A DNA stretch of 63,829 nt, filler included, from Klebsormidium nitens (Eukaryota > Plantae > Klebsormidiophyceae), in assembly GCA_000708835.1 (NCBI GenBank). It is 7 parts of 7 records of this genome, joined end to end, with 100 filler letters (N's around TTAATTAATTAA, not from the genome) between each part and the next. Parts side by side here need not be neighbours in the genome. Positions count along the whole stretch, not along the records: positions 13,450 to 32,893 come from DF237756.1; positions 32,994 to 45,447 come from DF238106.1; 5 more parts are not named here. One strand, written 5' to 3'. The position numbers were made by a program, and so were the translations under genes. Below the pieces are notes generated by a model. That model saw only the letters and a program-made list of their open reading frames with translations, was not told the origin of the DNA and made no database searches. Shown in pieces: positions 25,401 to 38,689 of this stretch; position 1 is the first letter of the stretch, and each line of letters starts with the position of its first letter.

Positions 25401-26916
25401 CCCGGCCTGCGGCCATGCCAGCCCCCTTTTAAGCCCCCTCACCTTGGCGTCGCTCTGCAGGCTGTCCAGCTTGGCGAGGCGGCCAGTCCCCAGAATCTCC
25501 TTCACCTTGTCGCGCACCTGCTGCCCCACGCCCATCACGCCTGCCAGCTGCTCCGCACTGGCGATGCGGAACGAGAGGCGCTCCAGTACCCCCACCGCGC
25601 GCCGATAAGTCAGGGCGCGCCACTCATCGCCCAGGGCTGCCACACATACGCACACAGCACAGGCAATGATTGCAGCTGGACAGGTGCCAGAAACACACCT
25701 GCTGATTCTGACCGACTTCGCTCGCAGTAGAGCAACTTGTATCCACGGTTCACGTCAGCGAAGCCCTCTGCCTGCCTGAGCCATGCAAGGGGCCGATATT
25801 GTTATCCAAATCTTCGGCAGATTGCTCGCAAAGCAGCACCTTCAATTTGTTGCGACACAGAAAAGCCCACTCATCACTACTGGATGTGATAAGAGAGAAA
25901 CTCTTCATGTTGTGGGCCTGAACAATGCCCACCCACAGGAGCCCACCTTCATAGATGTCCTTAAGTTCCCGCAGGTGCCGCGTGATGTGCTCGTTCAGGT
26001 CCAGCGGAATGTCGCCCTCCGCACCCTCCAGGGTGCTCTCATCATCTACCTCGGGATACTGAGAGGCTTCGCATCCATCCTGTGTCTCGGCCCCCTCCTC
26101 GCGTGGCCTGCCCTGCCTCCGGAGGGCCACCTCCGTGCGCATCCACTCCTGCAGACGCTCCTCCCGGCTGCCGCCCCTCGCTCCCCGCGCCTGGAGAGCG
26201 TCTCGCACACATGGCCCCGCCTCATCGTCAGAGCCGTCAGACCCAGCTCTGACACCACAGGCTGTGCCCTCCCGTTGCACCCTGTCGTTGCTTGGAGATG
26301 GATGTGACAGCGCCGGGCAGTTGGTGCTGTCGTCCAGAGATAAGCTGTTGTTAAGAGGCAAAGACAATCCTGAAGTAGGTAAAGGCAGCGGCTCGTAGCC
26401 AGGGCTAGCGGCTTTGGCAGTGACATGTTCCATGAGTGGCGCTGGGCAAGCCCCACCAGCAGTGCCGGGTTGTTCGCTGCCCGTGGGCCCCTCTTTGTCA
26501 TGCTCGTACCAGCCCACTTCCCGCAGCAGAAAGTTGTCCACCGGCACCTGCGCTGCGCTGGCCAGGCACTCCTCCAGCCACTTGAAGCTGACCGCCACAG
26601 CCCGCGCAGCGCGCCCCACCAGCTCCACCTTCTCCATCCGCTGCTCTAGCCGCGCAGTGGTGGCCGCTGCAATGTGCGTGGCAACATCGATGACATCGGC
26701 AGTAGTGGGGCCGGACGAGAGCGTGCGGCAGCTCCCGCCCAGCGCAGTCACCTTGCGGCACCATATCTGCAGCTGCTTTTCCAGTATTCCCCCCCCTGGA
26801 ATCAGAACCATGTGGACATCGCGGAAGATGCCGTCCTTCTGGACAACCAAGGGATCTGAGGCCGTCCTCTTGCAGCTAGCGCGGGCCGGCCTCCCAGGCC
26901 CAGGGGACCTCTTCAT
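22401..26916 (-). CDS. POLL: X-family DNA polymerase lambda (BRCT + 8-kDa lyase + PolX core), multi-exon
   Basis: BRCT (GIFRDV..THI..VSFKWLEECL); 8-kDa domain (DLNEHIT..GDEWRALTYRRAV..GVGQQVRDKVKEILGTGRL); HhH VFGVGAKTA; catalytic GSYRRG..CGDVDFLVTHPDGK; RRIDIK; HFTGNEVFNRKVR; C-terminus TERDVFAHLGLEYLEPHERNW. The start codon at 26916 is inferred. Confidence 0.94.
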
Positions 26917-27261
26917 CCCGGCTGCCCACCCCAACAGTGACACTTGCACGAGCCCAGCCCCGCAAGGAACAACGTGTCGATGCACAGGACAACTTGCCAC
27001 CACAAGGTGGATAAGGAGGCGGTCAGACTCAAAAGGTATGGCCCCCTGAAGAGGCGGCCTCCCATGCATGCTCATGCCAATCGCAGGAACCTCCACCTGC
27101 TGGGCACTCCCTGGCGTTCCCTCCTGCATCATGTTTTTGTGGGTACGATAGCAGGATTTATCTCCTTGATTCCTTCATAACCCAAACAGATCGTAGACAA
27201 ACTGCGTTCTAGATCGAACCCATTGTGCACCTAGGATCCTGTTCCCAGCTCGACGCGCGAC

Positions 27262-27271
27262 TTTTAGGGTT
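27262..27271 (-). promoter_or_regulatory. Telo-box-like TTTTAGGGTT in the divergent POLL/ITPK intergenic region
   Basis: Single exact telomere-type unit in the roughly 870-bp region between the two ATGs. Confidence 0.3.
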
Positions 27272-27788
27272 AACCTGAACCTGACCCTGACGCGGAATTG
27301 ATATTCCCTGGGGGTGTCCGCTTTTGGAATATTGTTAACGTGGTATATTCCGGATATTCCAAGATTCACGCAACTCTGAAAATGAAGGAACTGAACAAGA
27401 CTCAAGAGTGAAGACCCGAGTTCTTGGATGAGGCTTGGATCCAGCAGATGAGGCTTTTGCTTGATTTTGAAGTTTCTCTGCAAGCAAACACTCGGGAAGT
27501 TGGAGCGAAAGGAGCAAAGGCAAGGGAGGGCTTTCGCTTTCAAAACCTTAGAACAGGGTCAATACGAAGACGCGAACAAGCGTTGAAAGTTTCAGGAAGC
27601 TCTTTGTATGTCAGCTGCCTAGTCAGCAGAAAAAGCTTGAAAACGTGAAGGGGAAGGGCAGTTTCCAGTGCCATTTCGCCTGAATGGTCTAGCTAGCGCT
27701 GATTGAGAGCATGTCAAGAATGAAAGGTTCTTGACGTAGACAACTTTCGTTTGTGGCCTACAGGAATGTTTGGAGAGACGTCTAAACA

Positions 27789-30700
27789 ATGGCCTATGGG
27801 TCTGAGGAACTCATTGTTGGGTATGCTCTTACGGAGAAGAAAAAGAAAAGCTTCATAAAGCCCTCACTGGTGGAACTTGCTAGGTGCGTCTCACGCTATG
27901 GGGTCCACCTCTTTGGCTCCTCATGAATGTCCAATGTGCTTGGCTATCAGTTACATGTTGTTCTGATGCTTGAGAATTGCCATAGACTTTTAGCTGTTCC
28001 CAAACTTGCTGGTATAGTTTGCTAGGTCTAGCGGGAGAGTCCTTGTTATCCTTTTTCCTAGCACGCACATGAATATCTCTAGTTACAAGTCATTACCAAG
28101 CTTCTTGGTAGGGAGCAGGGTCCACCGGCAGTTATGCATGAACTTCGCATCGGAAAGAAAGGTGCATGGAGATTCTGCAATTAGTGTGAATGTTGACTGT
28201 CACCTGGTTGCTGACATTGTTACGCTTGTGGTGATGTGCATCCCAGGGTGTCAATGACGCTGCTAACCCTAGAAGTTGTATATTGTGGAGAATTAGACTT
28301 GTGTTTCACATCACCAGAGAAATTGGAGTTCAGTTGGTGCCTTCAAAGAGGCAGCACTCGTTGAATTGCCGCTAAGGCAGACCTTATCACTCTTACCATG
28401 ACGCATCACCTTCACTCATGAATGCACCATTGTTCAGCTTGTGATGCAGCCGCAATTCGGACCTCAAATCTTCTCTGGATGATGGAGAGGCTGCAGCTTA
28501 TGTTTACCAGCACCACATAGACTTGCCCGGGACTGAAAGTCTGTCGAACACGGCAGATTTTGCTTGTTTTGAGTTAGGACCCAATTGAGCTGCTCAATGG
28601 GACCACTGATAGCCTGAATCGATGTGCAGGTCAAAAGGCATCCAGCTTGTGGCAGTTAATACCAGCATCCCTCTCGTCCAGCAAGGTCCTTTCCATGTCA
28701 TCCTTCACAAGGTGATTCTTTGACACAAGGCTTCTGCAGCCGGCACACGCTGCTAACCAATTTCAGTGCTAAGAGGATTGAGCAAAGGCAAGGAGGCAGC
28801 TTCAGAACACCACTCTGTGCATGATTCTTATTTGCGGGTGTTCGTTGCATGCTGCTGCTTGCAGAACTCTATGGCGTCAGTCTGCAACATTGCAGCTGTT
28901 GAGAGAGTCTTCACAACTTTTCCCTTTCCACTGCAGATATCCGGCCCGGAATGGGCTCAGCAGCTGGAGGTACGACACACGAGGCATGCAAGATGTTCTG
29001 GCATGATGATCGCAGCATTCTTTGTATGTTGCGAGGATTCGGCTGCTCGCAGGCCCTGGCATGCTGTTGCACCCATTTGCTGCTAGGGTTGGGTCGTGTT
29101 TCAAACATTGCCCTCCAGTTGAGCAATCAACACGGAATGGGTGCCCACCATTTATGCCATACCAAGGATGCTTAGCGCCATTGCTTTCATTCTTTTGCAG
29201 GCCTACCAGCAGGCCCACCCAGATGTCTTGATCATCGATCCGCCTGACGCGATCAAGCAGTTGCAGAATCGGCAGTCCATGCTCACAAATGTCGTCAAAC
29301 TGGACCTGCTGGATTGTGGTGGTAAGACGGTCTGATATGCTGTGTGCTGATCGGCTCAAATCTTGACGGCTCTTAATCTCCAAAAAATGCATCAGCTGTC
29401 TTGCACGAACATGGAATGCAGTGTCTATGCATACTTGAAGCCGCTGCCAGTTGCCCGAAGTTGAGCTGCTGATTGGTGGTATCCATCGCTAAATGGCAGC
29501 ACTACAAGCTCACGTTTGGGGCGCCTGAAGTCTCTCAACATACCAAATGGCAAACCGATATTTGAGATTTGAAATGGTAGCAGCCAGGCGCTTTGAATTT
29601 GGAAGCCAGTTCTCAATCTCAGTGGATGTTTGGGCGCCTGAGGGCCAGATTTGGTTCTGGCAAGTGACATAGACCTTGTGAAGGAGCGATCGTAGCATCT
29701 AACTTGCTGTGCGTGCTGCTGTGCTGCAGCCAGCGTGGGCATCCCCCGCCAGCTAGTTGTGACCAGCGACCCTGCGTCCGTACCGGAGCTGGTGGCGGGG
29801 GTGGGCCTCAGGCTGCCCTTAGGTGAGCGCCCACTCCTCGTGTTGCCAAGCACCGGGAGGGTCAGAGCTTGTTGCCGTGGGTACATGTTTTGAGGTTGTT
29901 GCCCATGCGGTTGAGATACGTTGTGTTGCTGTTGCAATGGTTGAGTTGGTTACGAGGTACATGTGGCGGAGCAGATTTTGAGCTGCTTCTGCTGTGCTGG
30001 TCGATTGCCTCTTAAACCATGACCCTTGCATTGTTCAAGAGTGCAAGAAAGGTTGAGCTCCTAGTGAAGGCTCGTTGGTAAACTTAACAATCTGGTTGTG
30101 TCATGCCTGGCTGGGCTGGCCGTACACACCCGTGGTGGTGCCATCTGACCTCCGCTTCTTTTGGTGCTCCAGTTGCCAAGCCTCTTGTGGCCGATGGCAC
30201 CGCCAAGTCCCACGCCATGGCGCTGGCGTACGACGAGAGGAGCCTGGCCACGTTGGAACCCCCCCTCGTCTTGCAGGAGTTTGTCAATCATGGTGAGACG
30301 CCCTCTCAAGCAATTGTCTCGGGGGTCGGCTTGTCTGCCCCAGGTCGACCAGGCCAGGAATCGAGGGAGCCTGGCATGCATGATGCTACAACAGGCGGAT
30401 GACTGGGCAGGCTTGATTTTTATGGTTTGAAATCATAGAGTAGCGAATGTGAAAAAGGTCTAAAGCTTGACTTGTTCCTTCGTCAGTGGAACTGAGACCC
30501 TCCAGTGCTGTTGGTTTTAAGGATACTTCTTCTGCATAAGTCTGGATAGAGATCAACCCGTAAAAAATAAGAGGAAAACGGAATGTGTTCAAGCTGAGGA
30601 GTTTGCATGCTGCTTCTGATCATTCAGGCTGCACGACATGTGCTTTGGCCTGCATAGTTCATGTTGACGCCGTTGTCGGCATCCTGGGCGCTTATTCCTG

Positions 30701-31991
30701 CCTCTGTTGAAATTTTGCTCCAGGCGGGATCTTGTTCAAGGTGTACGTCATTGGCGACGAGGTGAACGTGGTCAAACGCCTCTCGCTCCCGGACATGGAG
30801 GAAGGGAAGGAGGGGGATGACATTGGCGTGCGCTCCTTCTCACGTGTTTCCAGTGCAGCTGCTTCCCTGAATGAAGCAGGCTTTGAGGCAGTCTCTAAGA
30901 CAGCAGGCAAGTGCGCTCTGCATCTTTGCCGGTCAGCTTTCTGCCGCAGACATTTCAGCTGCTGTCTTCTAGGAAGCCACAAGTACTGCCCTTAATTATT
31001 GTCCCTTAGCCTTCTGTCCTTATTGGCCGGATGCTCTGTGAGCTCGGTCTGACGCCTGACTCCCTTCCTTTTGTTCCCTGCAGGAGAAGTTCCCCCGGAG
31101 CCCTTGTTGAGGAAGCTGGCCGAGCAGCTGCGTGAACGACTGGTGAGGGTCGTCCCCATCCTGGTTTGTATGCCAACTGGCGGCGTGTCATTGCAAACAC
31201 CCCGTCTGGTCTGCCTACAGCGGTGCTTACGTCAGTCTCGCCGGTCGTCATCGAGGGCAAAGCCAAGCCTAGACTTTTCAAGCTGTGCTCTCTTGTGCCA
31301 GTGGAAGTGGCAGGTGCCTGCCCTCAAGTCTAGGTTCTGATGTGGCCCAAGCTCGTGCAGGGCTTGCATCTGTTCAACCTGGACATGATCCGGGAGAACG
31401 GGGCAGGGAACAAGTACTACATTATCGACATAAATTACTTCCCAGGTGAGCCGCACTCGCGTCACCGGAAGCATGCGATTCTTCTTTCTGATCCTATTGG
31501 GCTTGGACGTTTATTGCTCAGCCTCAGGCATTGGGGCTCTTGGTTTCCGAATCCACCGCAATTTGGCCAGGGTTCGTAGTATGCGTTGCAAGTTACACCA
31601 AGCGAGAGCTGCCTTTTCTGCAGGCTATGGGAAAATGCCTGAGTACGAGTACGCGTTCGTCAATTTCCTCTTGTCATTAGCCGCCCGGCGATCTGCAGTA
31701 GCTGCCACACGGTCAGGGTCTGAAAGTGGGGAGAAAGGAGACCGGGTGGGGTTCAGGGAAGGTGGTGCATCGGCTGACCGAGTGTCGTCGGATAGTCCTC
31801 ATGACGTGCACTCTGAAGCTAGCTTGCGAGGTGAAGCAACGAGCGGGTACGGTTCCTTACGGGATCCGACACAAGAGTTGCCGCCACGGCATGAAGGTTT
31901 CGGCACGGCTCACTCCAGGGCCCGTACAATACCAGAGTCTGCTAGGCATTTACCGGATCCAGCACTGGTTGATGGCTTGAATGCACAGTAA
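27789..31991 (+). CDS. ITPK1: Inositol-tetrakisphosphate 1-kinase / inositol 1,3,4-trisphosphate 5/6-kinase (ATP-grasp), about 10 exons
   Basis: [105 protein letters not shown]; exons join in frame; the 5' end could extend upstream. Confidence 0.95.
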
Positions 31992-32853
31992 TCGTTCCTT
32001 AGGGTCGTAGATTAGGGCCCAGGTAAAGCAGGTAGAGTGCATTGTATTGGCTGCCAAGCTGAGATACTGTCGGCAATGGCTTGACACAAGGTTCAAATGT
32101 GTGATACCCTATATTATCCCAAAGCAAAGTGGTGATGCCAATTAAATTGCACGAAGATATTTGATCTTGCTCATATCATAGCTTCTGCAAATACGGTGGA
32201 AACGGTTGTCCCTTTATCCTGGCAGCCCCCTCATACTTCGAAATCCAAATTTTGAAAGCCTATCACATCGAGCCTTTCCAGTCGCTGACCACCGCGTCAG
32301 AGCAGCCACCAAATCAGAAACCACGAAAGGCTGGCGAGCACGCACGTATATCTATTTGCAACAATATGCGCGTAGAATCTTCAATCCACCTCAAGCTACG
32401 CTCATGCATTATATTACGGCAAGCATGTGCTTGCCGTAATCGATCGTCCGCGTATGCATGCATGACAATAATCTATAAGCAGAAACTTACAGCTAGCGGT
32501 GAATCGCATATATACGTACGGTGGAATATATAACCGCGCGCGGCTCTAGCTCATCATTGATCGACAACGTAAGATCATATGCATGCACTATATTACAACG
32601 CGTCTAAGCCATTTGATTGGATTTCAAAAGGCACTGCCAATAGGCTTAGTAGCTCAAATAATATTTCAAGTTTGCCGCGCGATCGTCGGGATTGATCGTG
32701 AAAATGGCCCGGGGGCCGCCCTCGAAAAGTTCGACGATCGATCGCAAAATAAAATCAAAAAGGTTCTGCTGTAGGGCTGCCGTAGCTCATGCAAAACTCA
32801 CGGTAAATTCACTTAAGGATTCCGGGAAAGCCCAAACTCATGCCCGGGCCTTT

Positions 32854-32893
32854 TTTTAGGGTTTCAGGGTTTTAGGGTTTCAGGGTTTTAGGG
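32854..32893 (+). repeat. Telomeric repeat tract at the scaffold end: TTTTAGGG alternating with TTTCAGGG
   Basis: Five 8-mers with the G-rich strand running 5'->3' toward the scaffold end, then the spacer. Confidence 0.8.
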
Positions 32894-32993
32894 NNNNNNN
32901 NNNNNNNNNNNNNNNNNNNNNNNNNNNNNNNNNNNNNTTAATTAATTAANNNNNNNNNNNNNNNNNNNNNNNNNNNNNNNNNNNNNNNNNNNN
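32894..32993. other. Artificial scaffold spacer
   Basis: 44N-TTAATTAATTAA(32938-32949)-44N. Confidence 0.98.
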
Positions 32994-33959
32994 AATGTGC
33001 GAGGCGCGTTTTCTTGCCCTCAAAATGTTCCACTCGGGAACAGACCCGGTCGGATCTCAAGGCCACCGGCAGAAACGAAGAGGGGGGCACGTGGCGGCTC
33101 GGCTTCGGCCCATTGTATGCCGGATTTCAGACAACTTGAAACGAACCAACAAAAAAGCGACACGTTTCCCCCCTTTGGGCAAGACCCGCTGCCGCCCCGC
33201 ATCACTAAAGCTTACAGGGTGACTGCCGAACCGGCCGCTGACCATCGCAGTTATGAGGTTTTGCCGTCCGAACGAGAATCGACGTCCGATCGCGAGCAGC
33301 GCGCGCCGGTTTCAGACTTGAGCCGTCACTAAGGGAGTGACTGGCGGGCCGCCCGGGCCGCGCGGCCGGTTTGCCAGTGTGGATGAGCCTTCCGATCGTG
33401 TCACTCCGACTCCGAGTACGATCGGACTCGAGAAAGGAAAGGATACCTCACCGTCCGATCGTGTCGCTGGAAGGAACTGGAAGGACACCCCACCGTCGAT
33501 AAAAGTCCAGGCGGTTGCACTTTTCAGAAGGTTCAGTCTGACCTGGCACCCGGCTTGGACCGACTTTGACTAGGTCAGACTGCTTAGTTTTATGCCAACT
33601 CAGCGGTTCTAGAAGGTCACATAAAGCCTGCCCCGGCCACGTGAGCAGGCTGCAAGCCACGTGAGCAGGCTGCAGCCTGCTTCGGACGGTCTGGGCCGGC
33701 CGGAAAATGAGGTATAAAAGCTCAAAAACTCTCTCATTTCATTCATTCTCAAGTAGAGCACTTCCAAATGGGCCTCTATTCCAAGCTTATTGCATCCTCA
33801 GAAACACACGGCAACTTTGGTTAGGCTGCCGCGCCTTCTTCTGTAGCACGTCCAGCTGACTCGTTCGGGTACATGCCATTATACTACAGACGAACTAGCG
33901 ATCCATTCCAAGAGTCAGCACAGCCACAGTGCGTGGCGTCCGCTTCGAAACCGTCAGGC

Positions 33960-34190
33960 TCGGAGCTGCTGAGAGATGCCAGTGGTGCCAGAACCGGTGG
34001 TGATGGCAGTGACGATCCGCGCCAATGATGCCACTGCGCCAGTGATGCCACTGGGTGCCAGTGATGCCAGTCGTGCATGCCACTGACGATCCGCGTCGGT
34101 GGTGCCAGTTTGCCAGTGGTTCAAATTGTACGAGCCAGTGGTGATTCCCGCCAATGGCGCCAGTCTTCAATGTGGTGCCAGTGTGCACGC
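33960..34190. repeat. Degenerate short tandem repeat built on GATGCCA(G/C)TG / GGTGCCAGT
   Basis: More than 10 imperfect copies of TGCCA(G/C)TG within 230 bp. Confidence 0.7.
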
Positions 34191-34432
34191 TGCAGTTTGA
34201 TCAGCCCTTGGAAGCTCAGACCGTGTGCAGCTCATGAGCACCTGGAGCTGACCGGGCGTGAGCGCTGCTGAGCTGCGGACCCAACGGCTTGCTGGTTGGC
34301 TGTGCGCGTCATTAGAGCTAGGGTGATGGCCTTTGACATGCGCCTTCCCTGGCAAAGGTGAGTGCTTTTCTGAACACAACCTCGGGGCTGAGAATTGTTC
34401 AAGGGTTAAGAGATAGGCACGTTGAAAAATGC

Positions 34433-36287
34433 GCACGAACGAAGCACTCGGTAACCTGATTCAACATTGCATTCCATGATACAAACGGACTGTTCTCTTT
34501 CACGTCAGGCGGAGTGAGTTGCGAGTCTCAAGCGGAGTCGCGGATTGCGGATTGCGGCAAAAGAATTTTGTCTTTTTACACCTGGTTATGGACGTTTTAC
34601 ATAGTTGTTGCAGCTGTGATTACAGTGACTCGTCAGAGTCGGAGGATTGCCAAGGAGAGGACATCGAAGGCGTTGAATACTCTGATCGATCCGTTGATGG
34701 TTCCCAGTTTGGAGAGTCACTACAAGGTTTCTTCGACGATCATGATTCCGCCAGCAGCATGCAAAGGCCAAGCTTCTACAGGGCACTCGACAACGAGGAC
34801 AGTTTAAGCCCGGTCAAGGTTGCCCTTGGGCCCATTGGCAAGAGGAACAGGCCTCCAGTGAGTCGCATATACCGTCCCGAATCGATGATTGGCTCGATGA
34901 ATACCGTTTCCAGCATTCAATCTCAGATCGGCTTTCTCTTTGAATTGCTCTTGGGTCGAAGTGGTGCCTGCTGCTGTGACGCCACTCATGGGCTTTCTAT
35001 GCTGTACTGAACGAGTCACTTACCTTTCTAGATGCTATTTGGTCTACTGGCAGCTGTTTCAAAAGCTGGTTCTTTGACATTCTCATACCACAGTTAGCAA
35101 GACAACACTTCATGACTGGATGGCAAAAAGTTGATGCTATCAACCTTTTCTCTGCGCCTTAGTTGATTTGATTTTACTGAGGTCATGGAGTCTCTTGCAT
35201 TGCTGAGGCGCAAACTCAAGGTGTCGGACAACCCCTTCAATCCCGTCACGAATGCGTGATTGAGAATGCGTGATTGATCGATGTGACGATTACAGCTGAC
35301 CGATCCCGGTCTAGTTCTTCGTCAGGTTCTCGTTAACGGTTAGGTTAACGAAACGACAGGGGTTACGTCTTAAACGACGCTCTGTGGGCTGTCTAATCAG
35401 TCGATTTAATGTCCCGGATNNNNNNNNNNNNNNNNNNNNTGCACGAACGAAGCACTCGGTAACCTGATTCAACATTGCATTCCATGACACAAACGGACTG
35501 TACTCTTTCACGTCAGGCGGAGTGAGTTGCGAGTCTCAAGCGGGGTCGCGGATTGCGGATTGCGGCAAAAGAATTTTGTCTTTTTACACCTGGTTATGGA
35601 CGTTTTACATAGTTGTTGCAGCTGTGATTACAGTGACTCGTCAGAGTCAGAGGATTGCCAAGGAGAGGACATCGAAGGCGTTGAATACTCTGATCGATCC
35701 GTTGATGGGTCCCAGTTTGGAGAGTCACTACAAGGTTTCTTCGACGATCATGATTCCGCCAGCAGCATGCAAAGGCCAAGCTTCTACAGGGCACTCGACA
35801 ACGAGGACAGATTAAGCCCGGTCAAGGTTGCCCTTGGGCCCATTGGCAAGAGGAACAGGCCTCTAGTGAGTCGCATATACCGTCCCGAATCGATGATTGG
35901 CTCGATGAATTCCGTTTCCAGCATTCAATCTCAGATCGGCTTTCTCTTTGAATTGCTCTTGGGTCGAAGTGGTGCCTGCTGCTGTGACGCCACTCATGGG
36001 CTTTCTCTGCTGTACAGAACGAGTCACTTACCTTTCTAGATGCTATTTGGTCTACTGGCAGCTGTTTCAGAAGCTGGGTCTTTGACATTCTCATACCACA
36101 GTCAGCAAGACAACACTTCATGACTGGATGGCAAAAAGTTGATGCTATCAACCTTTTCTCTGCGCCTTAGTTGATTTGATTTTACTGAGGTCATGGAGTC
36201 TCTTGCATTGCTGAGGCGCAAACTTAAGGTGTCGAACAACCCCTTCAATCCCGTCGCAAATGCGTGATTGAGAATGCGTGATTGATC
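34433..36287. repeat. Near-identical 847-bp duplication A (34433-35279) and A' (35441-36287)
   Basis: Constant 1008-bp offset at both ends, scattered SNPs, 20-N gap between the copies. Confidence 0.92.
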
Positions 36288-36288
36288 A

Positions 36289-38324
36289 ATCATTGGCGCT
36301 GATCACCGGTGAGCTTTTTCACGCGCTCTAAATCGGTTTGTTGCGTCCTTTTCTCTCAGTCACCCGAACGGGACGATCAGTGCGGCTCAGAGTCAAATGA
36401 TGATCCGCTTGCGGAGGACGTTGGTGGGGTCGTACCAACAGGCCAAGAGCTTGAGATAAAGCGTCGTCGCAAGAATCAGAGGAGGAGACTGCATCCACAC
36501 TGCAATCACTTAAGCAGGTAAGCCGCTCGTTGGTCTGAAACGGGTAAGCTTTTGCGCCTTGCAAAATCCTTAGAAAGATAGGCTCCTTTTTCCGACAATC
36601 ATATGCTGCTTATCACAAATCGTAGAATGAGGGTATTGATGCATAGCAGGCCTAGGTTGACCCGAATTTTGCCGTTTTGCGTCATCTTCTCGAAGAGTGA
36701 ACTTGTATCAACAGTGTATACCTGTTGCACTCGCCTGATCCATCCCATGTTGTGCAGGGGCAAGGCGCTCCGAAGCAGATTGCGGCACGTGCTCAGGTTG
36801 GATGTCCAGTGGAGATTTGTAGTCCGATTGAGCAAGCCCAGGTATTATCATTGACAAGCTGCAAAGCAATTGAAATGTAGAAAGTGAGGAGTGGTCTGCC
36901 GCAATAATCCGCTGAGAGATCCGCTAGAACGGATGCGGCTCCATTGTGTAAACGTATGGTACTGCCGCATTGCATGTTGAAGTCGCTTGCAATACTTGTA
37001 CATATTTGACCCATGTTGCAACCACTGCAGCTTAGCCACCTGTTTACTCCCTTTGTACTATCCTCGGCACTCGGCAAATCTATATGCATTTCTAGCCCGT
37101 TTCATCAGAATCTTGTGATGAATCAACGCTGTCTTTGAAACATGCGCTCGTAATCTTCTCAAGATGTTAGCCGCTTTCCGATCCTACAATCAAAGCAAAG
37201 GGTTGATTTCTCAGCCAAGATCTTGTCGAAATAAGAGATGCGAGTCGAAGCGGAAGCCGAAATTGAGCTTGTGGATGCCGANNNNNNNNNNNNNNNNNNN
37301 NTCGTTACAATCGATCATTGGCGCTGATCATCGGTGAGCTTTTTTCACGCGCTCTAAATCGGTTTGTTGCGTCCTTTTCTCTCAGTCACCCGAACGGGAA
37401 GATCAGTGCGGCTCAGAGTCAAAAGATGATCCGCTTGCGGAGGACGTTGGTGGGGTCGTACCAATAGGCCAAGAGCTTGAGATAAAGCATCGTCACGTAA
37501 TTCTTTCGCAAGAATCAGAGGAGGAGACTGCATCCACACTGCAATCACTTAAGCAGGTAAGCCGCTCGTTGGTCTGAAACGGGTAAGTCTTTGCGCCTTG
37601 CACAATCCTTAGAAAGATATGCTCCTTTTTCCGACAATCATGTGCTGCTTATCACAAATCGTAGAATGAGGGTATTGATGCATAGCAGGCCTAGGTTGAC
37701 CCGAATTCTGCCGTCTTGCGTCATTTTCTCGAAGAGTGAGCTTGTAATAAAAGTGTATACCTGTTGCGCTCGCCTGATCCATCCCATGTTGTGCAGGGGC
37801 AAGGCGCTCCGAAGCCGATTGCGGCACGTGCTCAGGTTGGATGTCCAGTGGAGATTTGTAGTCCGATTGAGCAAGCCCAGGTATAATTATTGACAAGCTG
37901 CAAAGCAATTGAAATGTAGAAAGTGAGGAGTGGTCTGCCGCAATAATCCGCTGAGAGATCCGCTAGAACGGATGCGGCTCCATTGTATAAACGTATGGTA
38001 CTGCCGCATTGCATATTGAAGTCGCTTGCAATACTTGTACATATTTGACCCATGTTGCAACCACTGCAGCTTAGCCATCTGTTTACTCCCTTTGTACTAT
38101 CCTCGGCACTCGGCAAATCTATATGCATTTCTAGCCCGTCTCGCTAGAATCTTGTGATGAATCAACACTGTCTTTGAAACATGCGCCCGTAATCTTCTCA
38201 AGATGTTAGCCGCTTTCCGATACTACTACAATCAAAACAAAAGGGTTGATATTTCAGCCAAGATCTTGTCGAAATAAGAGATGCGAGTCGAAGCGGAAGC
38301 CGAAATTGAGCTTGTGGATGCCGA
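36289..38324. repeat. Near-identical duplication of about 1 kb, B (36289-37281) and B' (37314-38324)
   Basis: Co-linear copies with SNPs and small indels, separated by a 20-N gap. Confidence 0.92.
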
Positions 38325-38689
38325 TCGGAGGGGTTCGAAGCCCGCTCTCCGAGTCTCCGTGGACCAACTCGAGACAATGCAAGCAATCAGGTGCCCGCCT
38401 CTAACACGCCAGACTTTGCAAGCAAGCTGCTCGAAGCGAGCGTGCATAAACTGCTATCCTTCTTTCGGATCTAACAAACTGAGGTACTACCGTTAAAAGT
38501 CGCCGCCATCTTTCTAAAATATGATAGGCGACTTTTGACTGACCCATTTACCAAAGGGATGTGTTGCAACGCTCCGACAACCCGAACAAGGTTGCGAGAG
38601 GGGAAAGACCTTGCTTGCAAGATCAAAGTCTTAGCAGAGCGCTGGCATGTAGCCCTTCTAGCAATCCTTTAGTGGAAGTATTGCCTTTC

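Noticed and set aside
26917-27132. MMQEGT.. as the Pol lambda N-terminus
   Set aside because: The extension looks like 5' UTR translation; the ATG at 26916 precedes a basic NLS-like stretch and the BRCT domain. Not excluded without cDNA.
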